From the NCBI GenBank assembly GCA_965645245.1, contig OZ287083.1, forward strand, positions 992,001 through 1,056,000: DNA of 64,000 bases, given 5' to 3'. The stretch comes from Massalongia carnosa (Eukaryota). Position numbers and translations under genes: made by a program. Positions 47,233-60,819 of this stretch are shown one piece after another. The notes beneath the pieces were generated by a model that saw only the letters and a program-made list of their open reading frames with translations, searched no databases and was not told the origin of the DNA. The first letter of the stretch is position 1, and the number at the start of each line of letters is the position of its first letter.

Positions 47233-49578
47233 AATGGATAGTAGAAACGGGGACAGCGCCTCGTCTGCTGGCTCGGAGAGCAAAACCCAGTATCACTCGA
47301 GGCAGGACAATTATGAGCGGAACCATTCTACAGCGTCAACCCGCCATGGCTCCACGACGGCTGCTGAGTTGGCACGCAATGTGAACGCCAAACTAGCAAA
47401 TCCACTCACTGGGAAAAGCCATACGGAGCTCGAGACTATGGGCGCTTTGTACGCCAGAAAGCACCAGGTCGGCGACGACAAGGACATTCGAGCTTTCCAG
47501 AAAGGCGCATGTCTCGCTCAGGATCCTGCAAAATACGAAAATGTTGCTGGTCTGACGGAGAGAGAGCTGGAAGTGCTCCGGAGAGAGACGACGAATCGTT
47601 GGTCGCAGCCGAAGCTCCTATACGTGGTCATTGGGATCTGCTCCATGTGCGCAGCCGTTCAAGGAATGGGTGAGTAGTCGATATGACGGGCGTTTGTTAT
47701 GTGTATATGCTAAACAGGATCCAAGATGAGACTGTGGTGAACGGTGCACAAATATTTTACCGTGGTCAATTCGGAATAGCTGGTGACGATCCCCGTTGAA
47801 CTTGGTTAACCGGTCTTCTGAATTCAGCTCCCTACTGGGGCTCTGCCCTCATCGGCTGCTGGCTAACGGTTCCCTTCAACAATATTTTTGGTCGTCGGGG
47901 AACGGTCTTTTTGTGCTGCCTATTTTCCGCGGTGGCTTGCTTTTGGCAAGGCTTTGTTAACACTTATTGGCACATGTTTGTTGCAAGATTTTTCTTAGGC
48001 TTCGGAATTGGCCCCAAGTCTGCGACTGTCCCAATCTTCGCTGCCGAAACGACACCTCCGGGTATCAGGGGGGCGTTGGTTATGCAATGTAAATGGATCT
48101 TAGAAGCAAAGACCCGCATCATCTGCTGATTCTGGACTGTTATAGGGCAGATGTGGACAGCTTTTGGATTGATGGTCGGGTATGTGGCCGACTTGACCTT
48201 CTTCAAAGTCAAGGATCCGCATGGCATCGTGGGGCTCAACTGGCGGCTAATGATGGCCTCTGCCATGCTCCCAGCTGTGATCGTCTGCTGCTTTGTTTTC
48301 ATGGTGCCTGAATCGCCACGGTGGTATATGAGTAAAGGTCGGCATTACATGGCCTATAAATCCATGTGCAAAGTTCGGTTCGATAAGCTCCAGGCTGCTC
48401 GAGATGTTTTCTATATGCACACTCTTCTGGAGGCGGAAGAAGAAGTCCGTGGAAGACGGAAGAACATTGTTTTGGAGCTCCTCACGGTGCCTCGCAACCG
48501 TCGAGCGTTAATTGCTTCTGAAATCGTAATGTTTATGCAGCAAGTGAGTAAAGCAATTTACCTTGACAAATTTTACTAAGCACCTGTTTACTCTTTCACC
48601 CTGTCATGAGTTCATCGTCTTGCGTCAACGCTTCTATGAGCGTTTGTGTGTACTTGTATAGTTTCATGATTTTATAACTGCTTAAGATAATACAATCGCT
48701 AGCTCCAGGGAAAGGGCTGGCTGGGCCTAAAAAGCATACTAGATCAAGCGAATGAAGAAGCTAAAGCTAACATGGACTCTAGTTCTGTGGTGTCAATATA
48801 ATTGCATACTATAGCTCCCAAATCTTCCTGGACGGTGGTTTCTTGCCGATTTCTGCCTTGTCGGCCAGCCTTGGATTTGGGATTATCAATTGGCTTTTTG
48901 CGATCCCCGCCATATATACAATTGATACCTTTGGCCGGCGTAATTTGCTCTTGACAACGTTCCCCCTGATGTCAGCTTTCATGTTCTTTACCGGCTTCAG
49001 TTTTTCTATCCCCCAGGGCACCATGATGAAGGCAAGAACGACATGCATTTGCCTGGGAATATATCTTTTTGGTATCGTATACTCGCCCGGTGAGGGTCCA
49101 GTACCGTTTACCTACAGCGCGGAGGTGAGTAAAAAATCATATCAGGGGCTTGCACGGAGTTGAAACTGATACAAAATGACAACCATAGGCATATCCGCTC
49201 TACGTTCGATCAGAAGGCATGGCCCTCGCAACGGCAACCACCTGGTTCTTCAACGCCGTCCTGAGCATCACCTGGCCCTCGCTGCAAACCGCATTCACCA
49301 CGCAAGGCGCGTTCGCGTGGTACGGCACGTGGAACATCGTCGGTTTCGTCCTAGTGCTACTATTCCTGCCAGAAACCAAGGGGAAGACGCTGGAGGAGCT
49401 GGACCAGGTGTTTTCCGTGCCGACGCAGGTCCACGCCGCCTACGGCCTGCGCCAGGTGCCCTACTTCTTCAGACGGTATCTGTTGAGGCAGCACGTTGAG
49501 CCCGAGCGGCTGTACCAGCGCGACGACGGTATTGACGACGGCGTTGGGTACGATCATGATGCAGATAAAGGCGCATAA
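47233..49578 (+). pseudogene. MFS sugar porter (polyol/inositol-transporter-like) with an in-frame TGA in exon 2
   Basis: CAAVQGM/DETVVNGA, FGRRG, GIGPKSATVPIFAAE, PESPRW, MQQ/FCGVN, GEGPVPFTYSAE, PETKGKTLEELD; TGA at 47797-47799; could also be a sequencing error in an intact gene. Confidence 0.75.
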
Positions 49579-50351
49579 GTGCGGAGGATTCTGGGTGTGA
49601 GCTGTCTTTCTTTAGGGCATTGTGGGACAGCGGGATTTATGAAGTGATGTGAATTAGCGTTCGGATGTCTTTACGATCATAGACTTACGACGAGGAGGGA
49701 GGGAATACTCCAATTTATGTTGATAATGTTACTATAAATTGGCCGGGAACCACAATATCCCCTTTTAAATCAACTTCTCGTTCGCACATAGCCTACGGGT
49801 TTTCGGACCCCCATCATCCTTCCCTCCCGCCTCCTCGACACAACGCCAGAGTGGGTATAATAGGTAAAGAGCAAAAGGCTCTCGTAAGCTGGGTAGGGAA
49901 AAGCTGCACAGAAATTGGAAAACGACTTGACTTGGATGATCAGCAGCTTCATACCTTGTCCTTTTCCGCATGACGAGTTTGTTGGTTGGCGAAGATTGAC
50001 TTATATAGTCAAACCCTAGCTAATTATCCACTGTCAGATCAATTTAGTGTTCTAGTTCATGTACTTTACAAGAGACCTATCAAAGTGTAATCTATGATCT
50101 GTAATATTACAGGCTAGGATAATCAACATAAAGTACTCTCTAGGTAAGTTCTTTGTAGTCGTACAGAGTATGCGGTAACACAAAGAGACTACATCAATCC
50201 CCCCAATCATAAGTCAGACAATGGACTCCGTAACGCGATCTCAACCCTGGCATTCTGGCCTGTCAGGCGTCCGTTTTCTTCTACAAACACAAACACGAAG
50301 CTAGATACCAACGCGGCTCCCCCAGGCCGCCGCGGTGTAGATCACGCAAAC

Positions 50352-53300
50352 ATGGAAACAGAGTCAAGCAGTACATCGAGTTTGATGGAAAGTAATCAGA
50401 TCAATTATGGCGTTCCGCAGCTTCAACTCCGCTCATACCAGCATGAGATGCTCGAGGAGAGCATGCAAAAGAATATCATTGTGGCAGTATGAAAGAAAGT
50501 AGCTCCCTGGCACTTACCAATGACTGACTATGACTCAGATGGATACTGGATCAGGCAAGACTTTCATGTAGCTGATTGATCAACAAAATGAAATGGAGGC
50601 TGTCTAAACCTACGAACAGAGCAGTTTCACGCATCAGTGCAGAGCTCGAGAAATGCCCAGCAGATAAGGTAAGAGATATCTTGGAGATTGACCATTCTGC
50701 AGTGTACTCATGCTACTTGGCTTTGTGGTACAGCTTGTGTGGTTTTTGGCCCCGAACGTGGCTTTGGCAGAACAACAGCACGACGTCCTTTCCAAGTATC
50801 TTCCTAGCTCTCCGTCACGCCTTCTCATCGGTGCTGATGGAGTTGAGCGCTGGAGCGACCAAAATATCTGGGATGAGGTGCTGCATAACATCAGAATTGT
50901 CGTTTCGACCCATCAGGTAGTTTTCCGCGCTCACGCTCTCAGCCTGTATGACTCACGAGGTAGGTGCTGTTGGACGCTCTTACGCATGGATTCGTCCAAA
51001 TGACCAGCCTAGCATTGCTAGTATTCGACGAAGGTGTGTGATCCACCCCTGGCCGCATTGCCTAATTTCCTCTGAGCCCAAGATATAGCCCATCATTGTA
51101 CCTTGAAACATCCTGCCAATAAAATCATGCAACGCTTTTATCATCCCTTGAAAAAGGTCACAGGCCAGGTACCAGCCGTACTCGGTCTGACCGCCAGTCC
51201 TGTGATAAATAAGAAAATTAAAGGCCTAGAGTGAGTTTTATCAATCAAAGCAACGTGCTTGTCCATTGCTGAGCTATGAAAGGCTTATTGAAAGCAACAT
51301 GAATGCAATCAGCGTCACGCCTAAGCTCCATCGGGAAGAGTTGCTTCAGTTTGTGCATCAGCCTGATATACTGATGTTATTATATCCTACCAAATCCCTC
51401 AGTCTCAAGAAATCCCAGGTTCTGGAATCATTACATTTTCATTATGGAAATATTGATATTGAGCAAGATCCATATATAATCAAATTGAGAGCCGCTTCGG
51501 ACAATGACAGCTCTAGAAAGCTCCGTAATGCCTTACCCGGCCGAAAAACGTATTGTCATGATTATATCAAAAGCCTGTGTTGCAAAGCTTTGGATGTGTA
51601 TAGTGAGCTAGGCTCATGGGCTACGGATTATTTTATCAGATCCTGTATCGATAGATTTCAAAATGGCGCTATCGATGGCTATGCTTCCTTCGATGCCTGG
51701 GACGCCGCAGAAACAATATACCTTAAGAAGTTTTTTGGACGCGTTAAGGTCTTAACCTCCGACATGGAATGTCTACAAGAAGAAAACCAAGTTTCACCCA
51801 AGGTGCAGAGATTAATCAACTTTTTAAAGGAACGAGAAGATCCAAGTTTCACTGGTCTAGTTTTCGTTCAAACTAGAGCTGCGGTCGCTGTGCTTGCTCA
51901 TCTAATATCGATGCATCCTAAGACGAAAGACGCTTTTACCGTTAGCACTTTTGTGGGCACCTCGTACAGCGTGAGCAGAAAATTTGCCATTGGTGAACTC
52001 GTAGATATCAAGAATCAACGGGACACGCTAGAAGATCTGCGTCTTGGAAGGAAAAATCTTGTTATTGCAACGAGTGCGCTGGAAGAAGGAATAGATGTGT
52101 CAGCCTGTAATCATGTCATTTGCTTTGAAAAGCCTATGAACCTCAAATCATTCATACAACGAAGGGGACGGGCAAGACAATCAAAATCTACGTATGCTAT
52201 CATGTTTGAGGATAAAAGCGATTTGGCCGCAATGGCTACATGGCAGGATCTTGAGGAAGAAATGCGGCAGAACTACATGGACGAGATGAGGCAGCTCCAG
52301 GATATCCAAGATCTTGAAGATAAGGAAGTCGGATACGAAGAGTTCCAAATAGAGTCAACAGGGTGAGTTGCCTCATTTGGGAAACTTACCACAGCATTGA
52401 AAGAGGAGAAGACTAAGGTGAAACAGCGCAAAACTTACTCTCGATGATGCGGTACAGCACCTGTACCACTTTTGTGCCACGCTACCTGCGACTCAATATG
52501 CAGATCTCAGACCAGTTTTCACATTTTCTAAGACCCATGAAAAGGCCATCACAGCAAAAGTTGTACTTCCTAGTTCTGTGGATGCTTCTGTACGCACGGC
52601 TTATAGTAGCTCTGAACGGACTTCGGAGAAGCTTGCTAGAAAAGATGCTGCATTTGTTGCTTACATAGCATTGTACCAAGCAAAACTTGTAAATGACAAC
52701 TTACTTCCTCTCCGGTTTGACGAAGTAGACGAAGCGCGTTCGACGGTGGAAAAACGACCTAGCCTCGTCGCGGTGCCTGCCCAACTGGACATATGGTCTG
52801 ATTTGGTGGCCAAGGAGTGGCAAGAGCAACCCAAGCTAAACGAATCATCCGTCTTAGTGGTTACTGATGGAGTAGTGATTTCACAGATGCTGATGATTCT
52901 TCCAGTGGAACTTAAAGGTCATATTGATCTTAAGCTATATTGGGATGTTACAAAATCGGTCACCATTGTCATCAGACCTATGCAATCCGTGCCTTTTGGC
53001 CAGGAGCGCTTAGCTTCATGTGCTCAGTGTACGGACTTACTACTTCGTTCCATTTACCAAGGGCGTATGGAGCATGGCGGTATTGATTTTGCTTGCCTCT
53101 TCATACCTGCCGGTGTCGGTGACCTCCAAACCTGGCTGGAAGGTGCCACCGGTTCGATTCCCGCAGGGTCTCTCGTGGGCTCTAGTTTGAACTCATCGCA
53201 ACTTGGTTTGGTCCGCGACCTTACACGTAGTCGGATGCCGCATATATTTCATGGTATCGAAGCTGTACCAAGCGATCTTGAGGGCAGGTCTTGGAGAGGA

Positions 53301-55133
53301 GCTCAAGCCACAGGTGGCGAAAGCGTAGATGTCGGCCCCTATCTGAAAGTTACCAAATTGCCCAAGAGAGCCGACTTTCTACACGAAATCGCGAGCCAGG
53401 CTTGTGACATCGCTGTCAGTACAGGATGCAAGTATATTTACCTACCCGCAAGCCATTGTGAGGTCGATAAACTGCCAACACAGTATTCACAATTCGCGAA
53501 GCTTATTCCCTCCATCATGCATCAAGTCGAGATACAAATTGCCGCAGAACAGTGCCATCTTAATCTTCTACATGCTATTCAAATCAACGACTTGAACATG
53601 ATCATCACCGCAACTAATGCTTCGGTAGCTCGGGAGCAAACCAATTATCAACGTCTTGAATTTTTAGGCGACAGTATCCTCAAGCTTTTTACCTCGCTGA
53701 CTCTGATGGCTGAACATTTAAACTGGCACGAAGGTGTACTTTCAGGGAAAAAAGACCATATAGTCTCAAACGCAAGACTTGCCTCCTCAGCGCTGCAGCT
53801 TGGGCTGGCACAGTACATCCGAACGATTCCATTCACGGGTCACAAATGGCGGCCTCTGTACACTTCTAAACTCCTGGATCACCGAGTCAAAAAGACCCGT
53901 GAGATATCGACTAAGACTCTTGCCGATGTTGTAGAAGCTCTTATTGGCGCTTCATATCTTGACGGGGGTTCTGAGAAAGGTTTGAAATGTCTGGCGCTTT
54001 TTCTTCCAGAAATACCATGGGCTCCGCTATCGCAGCAAAACCAAACACTTTACAGCGTATACGATATCGGGGTCTCCTACCCTCATCAGTTCTCCAATCT
54101 CGAGGACCTTATCGGTTACAAGTTCAACGCCAAAGCCCTTCTGGTTGAAGCCATGACTCACGCCTCCCACCAGGGCCCAACCACCAGTGCTTCTTACCAA
54201 CGTCTAGAATTTTTAGGAGACTCCGTTCTTGATAACATCATTGTCACCACCGCTTACAGCCATGAACCTCCCATTCCAACGCTGGCTCTCCACCTTATCC
54301 GCACGGCGCTTGTCAACGGCTTCTTCCTCGCTTTCCTTTGTCTCACCCACTCCATCTCCATACCTCACTTCGACCCTGTCATGGACCAGGGTGGTAATTG
54401 CTCTACCGTTGAGACTCCGATCTTCCAACAAATTTGGGCTTTTATGCGCCATGCGTCACCATCCATACGCTATGCTCAGCAAGGTTGTGTCGCCCGCTAC
54501 AATTCCCTCCGTGACCCGATCGCCGCTGCTCTCCATCACGGACAGCATTACCCATGGGCCGAACTTGCGCGCCTTGAGGCCCCGAAGTTCTTCTCTGATC
54601 TCATCGAATCGCTCATTGGCGCCATCTACATCGACAGCCACGGTTCGTTGGGAGCGTGTAAGGACTTCCTCGAGCGTCTCGGCATGATGGCATATCTGCA
54701 GCGAGCAATGAGCGGAACGGTGGCGCTGCTACATCCGAAGGAGGAAGTGGGACAGGTGGCTGATACAGAGAAGGTGAAGTACGTCGTTACCGAGGATATG
54801 GATAAGCAAGAAGACGCAGAAGGGAGGAGACTGAGTTGCGCGGTGTGGGTCGGGGAGAGGGAGGTGGTGAAGGTTGGAGACGGGACCAGTGTATTTGAGG
54901 TGGAGACGCGAGCGGCGGCGGCGGCGGTAGTGGTTTTGAAAGCGGAAGGGAAGAAAAAGGTGGGGACGGCGCAAGCGCACATGCAGGAATCGATGATGAA
55001 AGAAGAAGACGAAGACGAAGACGAAGGCGATGTCGATGCAGAGATGGGATTGGATAAGACATCATCTGAAGAAATGGAGCTGGATAGCGTGGCTGCGGTG
55101 GATATCACGGAGAGGAGATGTATGGTTTTTTGA
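50352..55133 (+). CDS. DCL2: Dicer-like protein 2, multi-exon
   Basis: [44 protein letters not shown] helicase motifs; Dicer dimer region; two QRLEFLGDS RNase III motifs; HPKEE dsRBD-like end. Confidence 0.92.
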
Positions 55134-55574
55134 TGGAGTAACGGAGAATCTTAGTGGGAATGAGGGGATTTCTGGAGAGTAGCGTTCTTTGTGAGGATAA
55201 AAATTATGATAACGATTATGATAACGAGTTATTACAATTTCGAATAGGCCCCTCTTATTTGGGTTGAGGCTCCCCAGTTAGTCTTCGAGACTTGTTTGAT
55301 GGGACTGAAGAAGCGCACGGAAGCACAAGGTTGTTTCCTTTCCTTTCCTAGAGGGTAGGGCAAGAAACACCCCCAAGAATGAAGAAGGAGCGGGTGGGCT
55401 CGATAAAGAGAAGACGACACCCATCCTACCTGGCATGAATTGATGACCGATCCTACGACGAATTGCGCGCGCATCTTTGCCTGCCTTCCCCCCCGGGCGG
55501 TTCTATAAAGGTATCATCAACATTTGAGCTCCCCGCACGGGACGAAAGCGTCCCCGGAACTAAGTAGCTCTCCG

Positions 55575-56686
55575 TTACAGATTGGTCAAATAATCCTCTA
55601 TCTCCTCCTTGCTGAGTTTCCGGAACCGCGGGCCTTGCGCGCCTTCCACACCTTCGTAGCCCAGGAGATGGTCCGCTGGTGGGCCAACGATGCCTAATAT
55701 CAAAGACTTGTCAGTTTAGGTTATGTATGGCTTCGGTCTTGGTTAGATAAAAGCTTATCTGTTCTTTAGCTCACACTCACCAATTTCGACCGTCTCCCCG
55801 TTCATTTCTCCCTCGATGGTTTCCTTCAACGTTAACAGAGCAATGTGTACGGCATCCTCCAGCTCCAAGTCATCTTTATATCTCTTCTCCAAAAACGTCT
55901 TCGCACTCGTCGCACTCTTTCCGATCGCCGTCGCCTTCCACGGGAAATAACTCCCGCTAGGATCCACCTGATATAGGCTCGGGCCCCCTTTAAGTATCCC
56001 CCCCGTCTTCCCGGCCGCCTTCTTCTTCTCCGCTTCCGTCTCGAGCCCCTGGTCCGCCAGCTCCTGTGTCTGCGGCTCCACGCCATCGTCCCACCCCGCA
56101 ATCAGCAAGCTCACGCCATACGGCCGCACGCCGCCAGATTGCGTGGCTTCCTGCATCACGCGCGCGACGTCCTGGACCAGGATTCGCGTCGGAGGGTATT
56201 CGTTGTAGACGCGCTTGTAGCCAGAGTGGGAGACCTTCCGAGCTTTGTCGACTAGGATGCGGTAGTCCGGGCCCATGCCAGAGTAGACCATGCCGATGTT
56301 TGGGGTGATTAGGGAGATTTTGGAGAGGGAGGGGGGGTCGATTAGGGGCGACGAGGATTTCTTTTCTGTGGCAAGGACGATGCCATTGGTTGCTGAGTGG
56401 AGGCGTTTCAGCAAACTGGTTTTAGAGCTTTGAAGTGAAAAGATGAGAATGCAATATGTACCTTTAATACCTAGGGAGGTGACTCCTTGGTTTACCGCGT
56501 TAAGGGCGTACTCTGGAGTGAAATGAGCTCTGGGGTAACGGATCACGGGTCTGCCGTAAGCTGACCTATTTGAACTAATTTTCCACTGTGTAAAATTTTG
56601 GTTACTATCGTTTGCATTTGCATACACTGTATGAAGACTTACCTTGGGGAGAAAGTCGTCAATGAGAAGGAATACCTATCCGCCAT
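55575..56686 (-). CDS. PRE8: 20S proteasome subunit alpha 2, 5 exons
   Basis: [57 protein letters not shown]. Confidence 0.96.
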
Positions 56687-57193
56687 GGCAGAGATTGAGA
56701 AGGGAAAGGGAAAGCAGCAACTATGAAAGGAGCCGGTACTCCAAGTGCTTAACAGAGATTAGCTTTTTGATAGAAGAAAATGGCAAGAGGAAGGTATTTA
56801 GTAGAGCTCTCTTCGAGGGAGATATTGGAGCTGATGATAATTCTAATGCTGTAAAGGCTACAGCTCTTCGTACGCGTTTCTCGATACAGAGTACAGAGTA
56901 CATGTATCTCTCTACTCGTAAGTTTGCAGTAGCGTATAGATCATTAATATTTTACATTACATGACGGTATTGCACTGCCTCCAGCAAGTCAGGGGTGGAA
57001 CGTCGATTGTTCCGAAGCCGAAATCTAAATTCCAAGGACAACAACGTTGCCTCATCTACTTCACGCCGAACGATTGCCTTCCGTAACATGTCTCTCAGAC
57101 TCTTAGAGGCACTTCAATCCCAACAACTATTTGGTTTAGATCCTGGCTAGTCGTCTGATCAACATAACATTGGCTATTGTCCCGATTATAGCG

Positions 57194-58376
57194 ATGGCAT
57201 CAACTGGGTTTAACCCCTATCCCGAATGGAAATGGCCCCACGATCTTCCCACAGCTTCCAGTACAGCTGAGGCTCATCGGAGTTCCCACATACCTGGTGC
57301 CTTTGGAGAAGAGGACACATTCCCCCGCCAGCCGTCAAATCTCGGTGCCAGAGCTGGCGACGTCAACGGCAATAAATATTCAAGTCCCATCGACGCTACC
57401 TCGAGTTCTCGGTTTAACCCAATACCTGCTCCCGATGCAGTCCCAAACGCTGCTCCAAAGCTAGAAAAACACTGGCCTCCGAGAACATGTCGTATTTGCC
57501 TGGAGACGGTTCAGCCTACATATCATGCACCACCTGATAGTATTCCGGGTATATTTCAACCTCCACCCAACGTGACATATGAGTCGGAGGATCCCGCTTC
57601 AGGTCGGCTACTTCGCCCATGTAAATGCAAAGGTTCCTCGAAGTATGTTCATGAAGGTTGTTTGCAACAGTGGCGTTACGCAGATCCTGGGTTTGCCAAG
57701 CGGAACTATTGGCAATGTCCAACGTGTGGGTTTCGCTATCGTCTGCAGAGAATGAGATGGGCTGCATGGATTAGCAGTGTCACTAGTCAAATCACCCTGA
57801 CCATAGCAATCTTCTTTCTGGCCATGTTTATCTTTGGCTTTGTTGCGGATCCCGTTATCAATGTATATCTTGACCCTTACTCAGCGATTTCTTCTGCGTC
57901 GAAACTTGGAACCAAAATCGAGCCTATTTTGACGGACGATGAAGTTACTTCGTGGCCGGAGCATTTTCTCAAAGGCCTTGCGGCAATCGGCCTGCTTAGT
58001 TTTGTGAAATTCCTGTTTGCACTCTCACCGTGGCAGTGGTGGAATGTACGAAGTTCGGGGATCATGAGCGGCAGTGGACGGACAGGAGGCACCGGACGAG
58101 ATCGGTTGGCAAGTATCAGCTGGGTCGTGGTTCTCGTGGGTGTGGGCACTTTTCTCTGGGTGGGTAATTACGTCTGGTTTCCTTACATCTTTGGCTAACA
58201 AAGTATAGGCTGTGTATAAGTTTGTTCGTGCTTGGAGCCGTCGAACGTTGGAAAAGGCTGGGGAATCCGTCATGGATGTTGCTGCCGATGACGATGAAGA
58301 TGAAAGCATCGATGAGAGCACACGTGGACCCGATACTTCTACTGCAGGCACCGCAGGATCAGCAAAGGCTCTATGA
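57194..58376 (+). CDS. RING-CH (RINGv) membrane E3 ubiquitin ligase, 2 exons
   Basis: CRICLE...RPCKCKGSSKYVHEGCLQQW...CPTC (C4HC3) followed by hydrophobic segments. Confidence 0.88.
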
Positions 58377-59206
58377 AGCTATCTGTATTATTATGTTGTG
58401 GCAGAAATGCTATCCTAAGATTCCGATATCCAGGCTTGTTTTGATGGAATTTACTATCAACCTCCAGGATGTACTTTAAGACTTATAATCAATGATTTGC
58501 AGCCACAAATCTCAGGTACACTCTCAATCGCATTACTTAAGTTGCCACAGACCACATCAATGGAGTGTCAATTAGTCAGTGTGCGAAGATTCACATCTTG
58601 ATTCAGGTTCAGAGACCACAGCGTTATGCACGGCTCAGTGATCTCCCAAGTATGACCACTACGATCTTGCCATTCACGTCTTTGCTTTTGCTCTGACTCC
58701 ATGGGGGCCGAATCTTCTCGAAGAATGCACAGCCTCTATGTCTGGCAGAGGTGGAAAACTTTTGTTATCTGTTGATCAAGTCTTCCTGATAGTTAGCAAT
58801 ATTAAACACATCTACAATAACTCTCTTCTAGACCCGCGATGGTCGTTGGGCAAGACTTGCTTGGCGGTTCTGGTGGCCTTGATGAAGTGATTTGGACTAC
58901 TTCGAGGAAGCCTTTGTCTTTTCTGTTACCGCGCTTTGGACATTTTCATGAACTGAAAATGTGGATGCTGATATATGGCAAGTACGTGGTTGTTTGACTC
59001 TATGATTGAGCCATTGACCTAAGACCCGACCCCGATATTAGCGTAACCCTAACAACTTCTCGCTTGTTTGTGTTGAGGGAGGATTTTCCTTGTCAACGCG
59101 TGTGCATTCTTCTTTTGATAGCACAGCGTGAGAATTCTTTCGGTAATATTCAATAGCATCAAGTTGCTCATCTTGTCCACTTTCCTTCTTTTCCCGTTTT
59201 ATAAGC

Positions 59207-60676
59207 ATGCACACGGTTCTCCTGGAGCCCCAGATGGACGAGGTATATGTAAACTATGTCACTGGGGAGGTCACGATTTTAATCGCCTACATCAAGTCGG
59301 CGCGTGGTACCACCCTAATCGTCAGTCAACGCGACAGAAACCGGAAACCTCGCTACAAGCTCAACGTCGTGGAATCTCGCTTTGGCTTTGAGTCACAATC
59401 GAGTATGAGTGGGCCAGACCTCTTCGCAGGTCTCTCGGACTTTGCTCTTTCCCCGGATGAGGATGATACCGAGAACGCGCCTTCACCTCCCACAGAACCG
59501 TTAACGGCCTTCAGGTTGGACGCTCCAAGCCACTGTGATCGAGAGACCTTATTCACAGATCCGGCTCCCCTCTCTACAGGCAATCGTCAACGTTTCAAGC
59601 CCTCTCCTTCGCCCGACCTTCTCACATATATTCCATATCTAGACCGTGTTGAGGCCATCGAAAAAAGGACGAGACAACGCGTCGAGAAGGATTGTGCCAC
59701 CGGAGCCTATTTGCTGGGGCTTTTAGACAATGACGACTTTGACAAAGCTCTCGTCAAAGAGTTCAAGAGCATGATCAACATGGTGAGACATATGAACTTG
59801 ATGCTGTTCAAAGGAGACAAAGCCTCGGGCTTCAAAATTAGGCCTCGTACGTTGGAACAGGTCGAAGTGATTGCGGTACAGGTTATTCACTACTTCGACA
59901 GGCTGGGAGATAAGTTTGATCATGCAATCGATGCTGTTGCCGAAGTCAAATCCTACTTGCCAAGCCTTGGACCTGAAGTTAAACTATCTCACATCAGAGT
60001 TGCGCTCAAGGTCTGGAACACTCAGATCATGGGGTATTCCCCCTCCATAACACGCATTCAGTGTAGAAAGCAAACGCTAAGCCCTAGTTTCAGTAATCTC
60101 GCATGCCCCCAGCAGTACGAAAAGGATTTATTTGACGGGTTTGCCGTATTTTTTGACGCGCAGATCTACCACGCATTCATCCAACTACGCCGGGAAAACC
60201 GCCAGCACGAGATCTGCCAGTTGACAAAACATCTCGACGCCATTGACCACTCCCTCGGACACGTGTGCGCGTCCTATGACGCGCTCATCGGCGCGACGAG
60301 GCAATTTGCGGCTGCCATCCACAGCGCCCGGCAGCGCCTGCTGGCCAACAAGGACGTCTGTCGCCAGATCATGCACAGCGAACGGGCGACCAAACGCGCG
60401 ATCGCGGACATGAGGCGGGAGTCGGAGTCGGAGCGCGTGACGGCAAACGTCTACAAGCATCAGCCGCCCCCTCCCCGCCAGCGGGGAGATTCGAGCGGTT
60501 CCGAAGCCGGCCACGGGAAAGACGGCGCCCACGCGACCATGGACCAATACCTGGAGAAAGTCAGGGCGCGGAAGGCCTGGACCAAGGAGAAATCCTCGGG
60601 GAAATCGCGCTCGCCTACGGCCGCGCGAAAGGCAAGGGGTGGCGGGCACGATTGGGTTTCAGGCCAAAAGCGATGA
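59207..60676 (+). CDS. Hypothetical protein, 489 aa, helical; true start may be the ATG at 59406
   Basis: Long uninterrupted ORF with coding-like composition; no motif recognised. Confidence 0.6.
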   Translation: MHTVLLEPQMDEVYVNYVTGEVTILIAYIKSARGTTLIVSQRDRNRKPRYKLNVVESRFGFESQSSMSGPDLFAGLSDFALSPDEDDTENAPSPPTEPLTAFRLDAPSHCDRETLFTDPAPLSTGNRQRFKPSPSPDLLTYIPYLDRVEAIEKRTRQRVEKDCATGAYLLGLLDNDDFDKALVKEFKSMINMVRHMNLMLFKGDKASGFKIRPRTLEQVEVIAVQVIHYFDRLGDKFDHAIDAVAEVKSYLPSLGPEVKLSHIRVALKVWNTQIMGYSPSITRIQCRKQTLSPSFSNLACPQQYEKDLFDGFAVFFDAQIYHAFIQLRRENRQHEICQLTKHLDAIDHSLGHVCASYDALIGATRQFAAAIHSARQRLLANKDVCRQIMHSERATKRAIADMRRESESERVTANVYKHQPPPPRQRGDSSGSEAGHGKDGAHATMDQYLEKVRARKAWTKEKSSGKSRSPTAARKARGGGHDWVSGQKR

Positions 60677-60819
60677 TGATGATGATGGATGGGACGTCAA
60701 ACCGCGAGGGGTTGTTGATAAATAGATAGAATCCGGAACATCGGCCTGGCATGATGATTAGTAGACCCCTAATAAGGAAAGCCTCAATCGCACATATTCC
60801 TCCCAAACTCTCCAATCCC

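Noticed and set aside
48544..48782. Long transporter intron as a snoRNA host
   Set aside because: Only one short imperfect hairpin and no convincing box pair
59045..59054. Telomere-like TAACCCTAAC (scattered TTAGGG also at ~6225 and ~22330)
   Set aside because: Single units only; expected by chance
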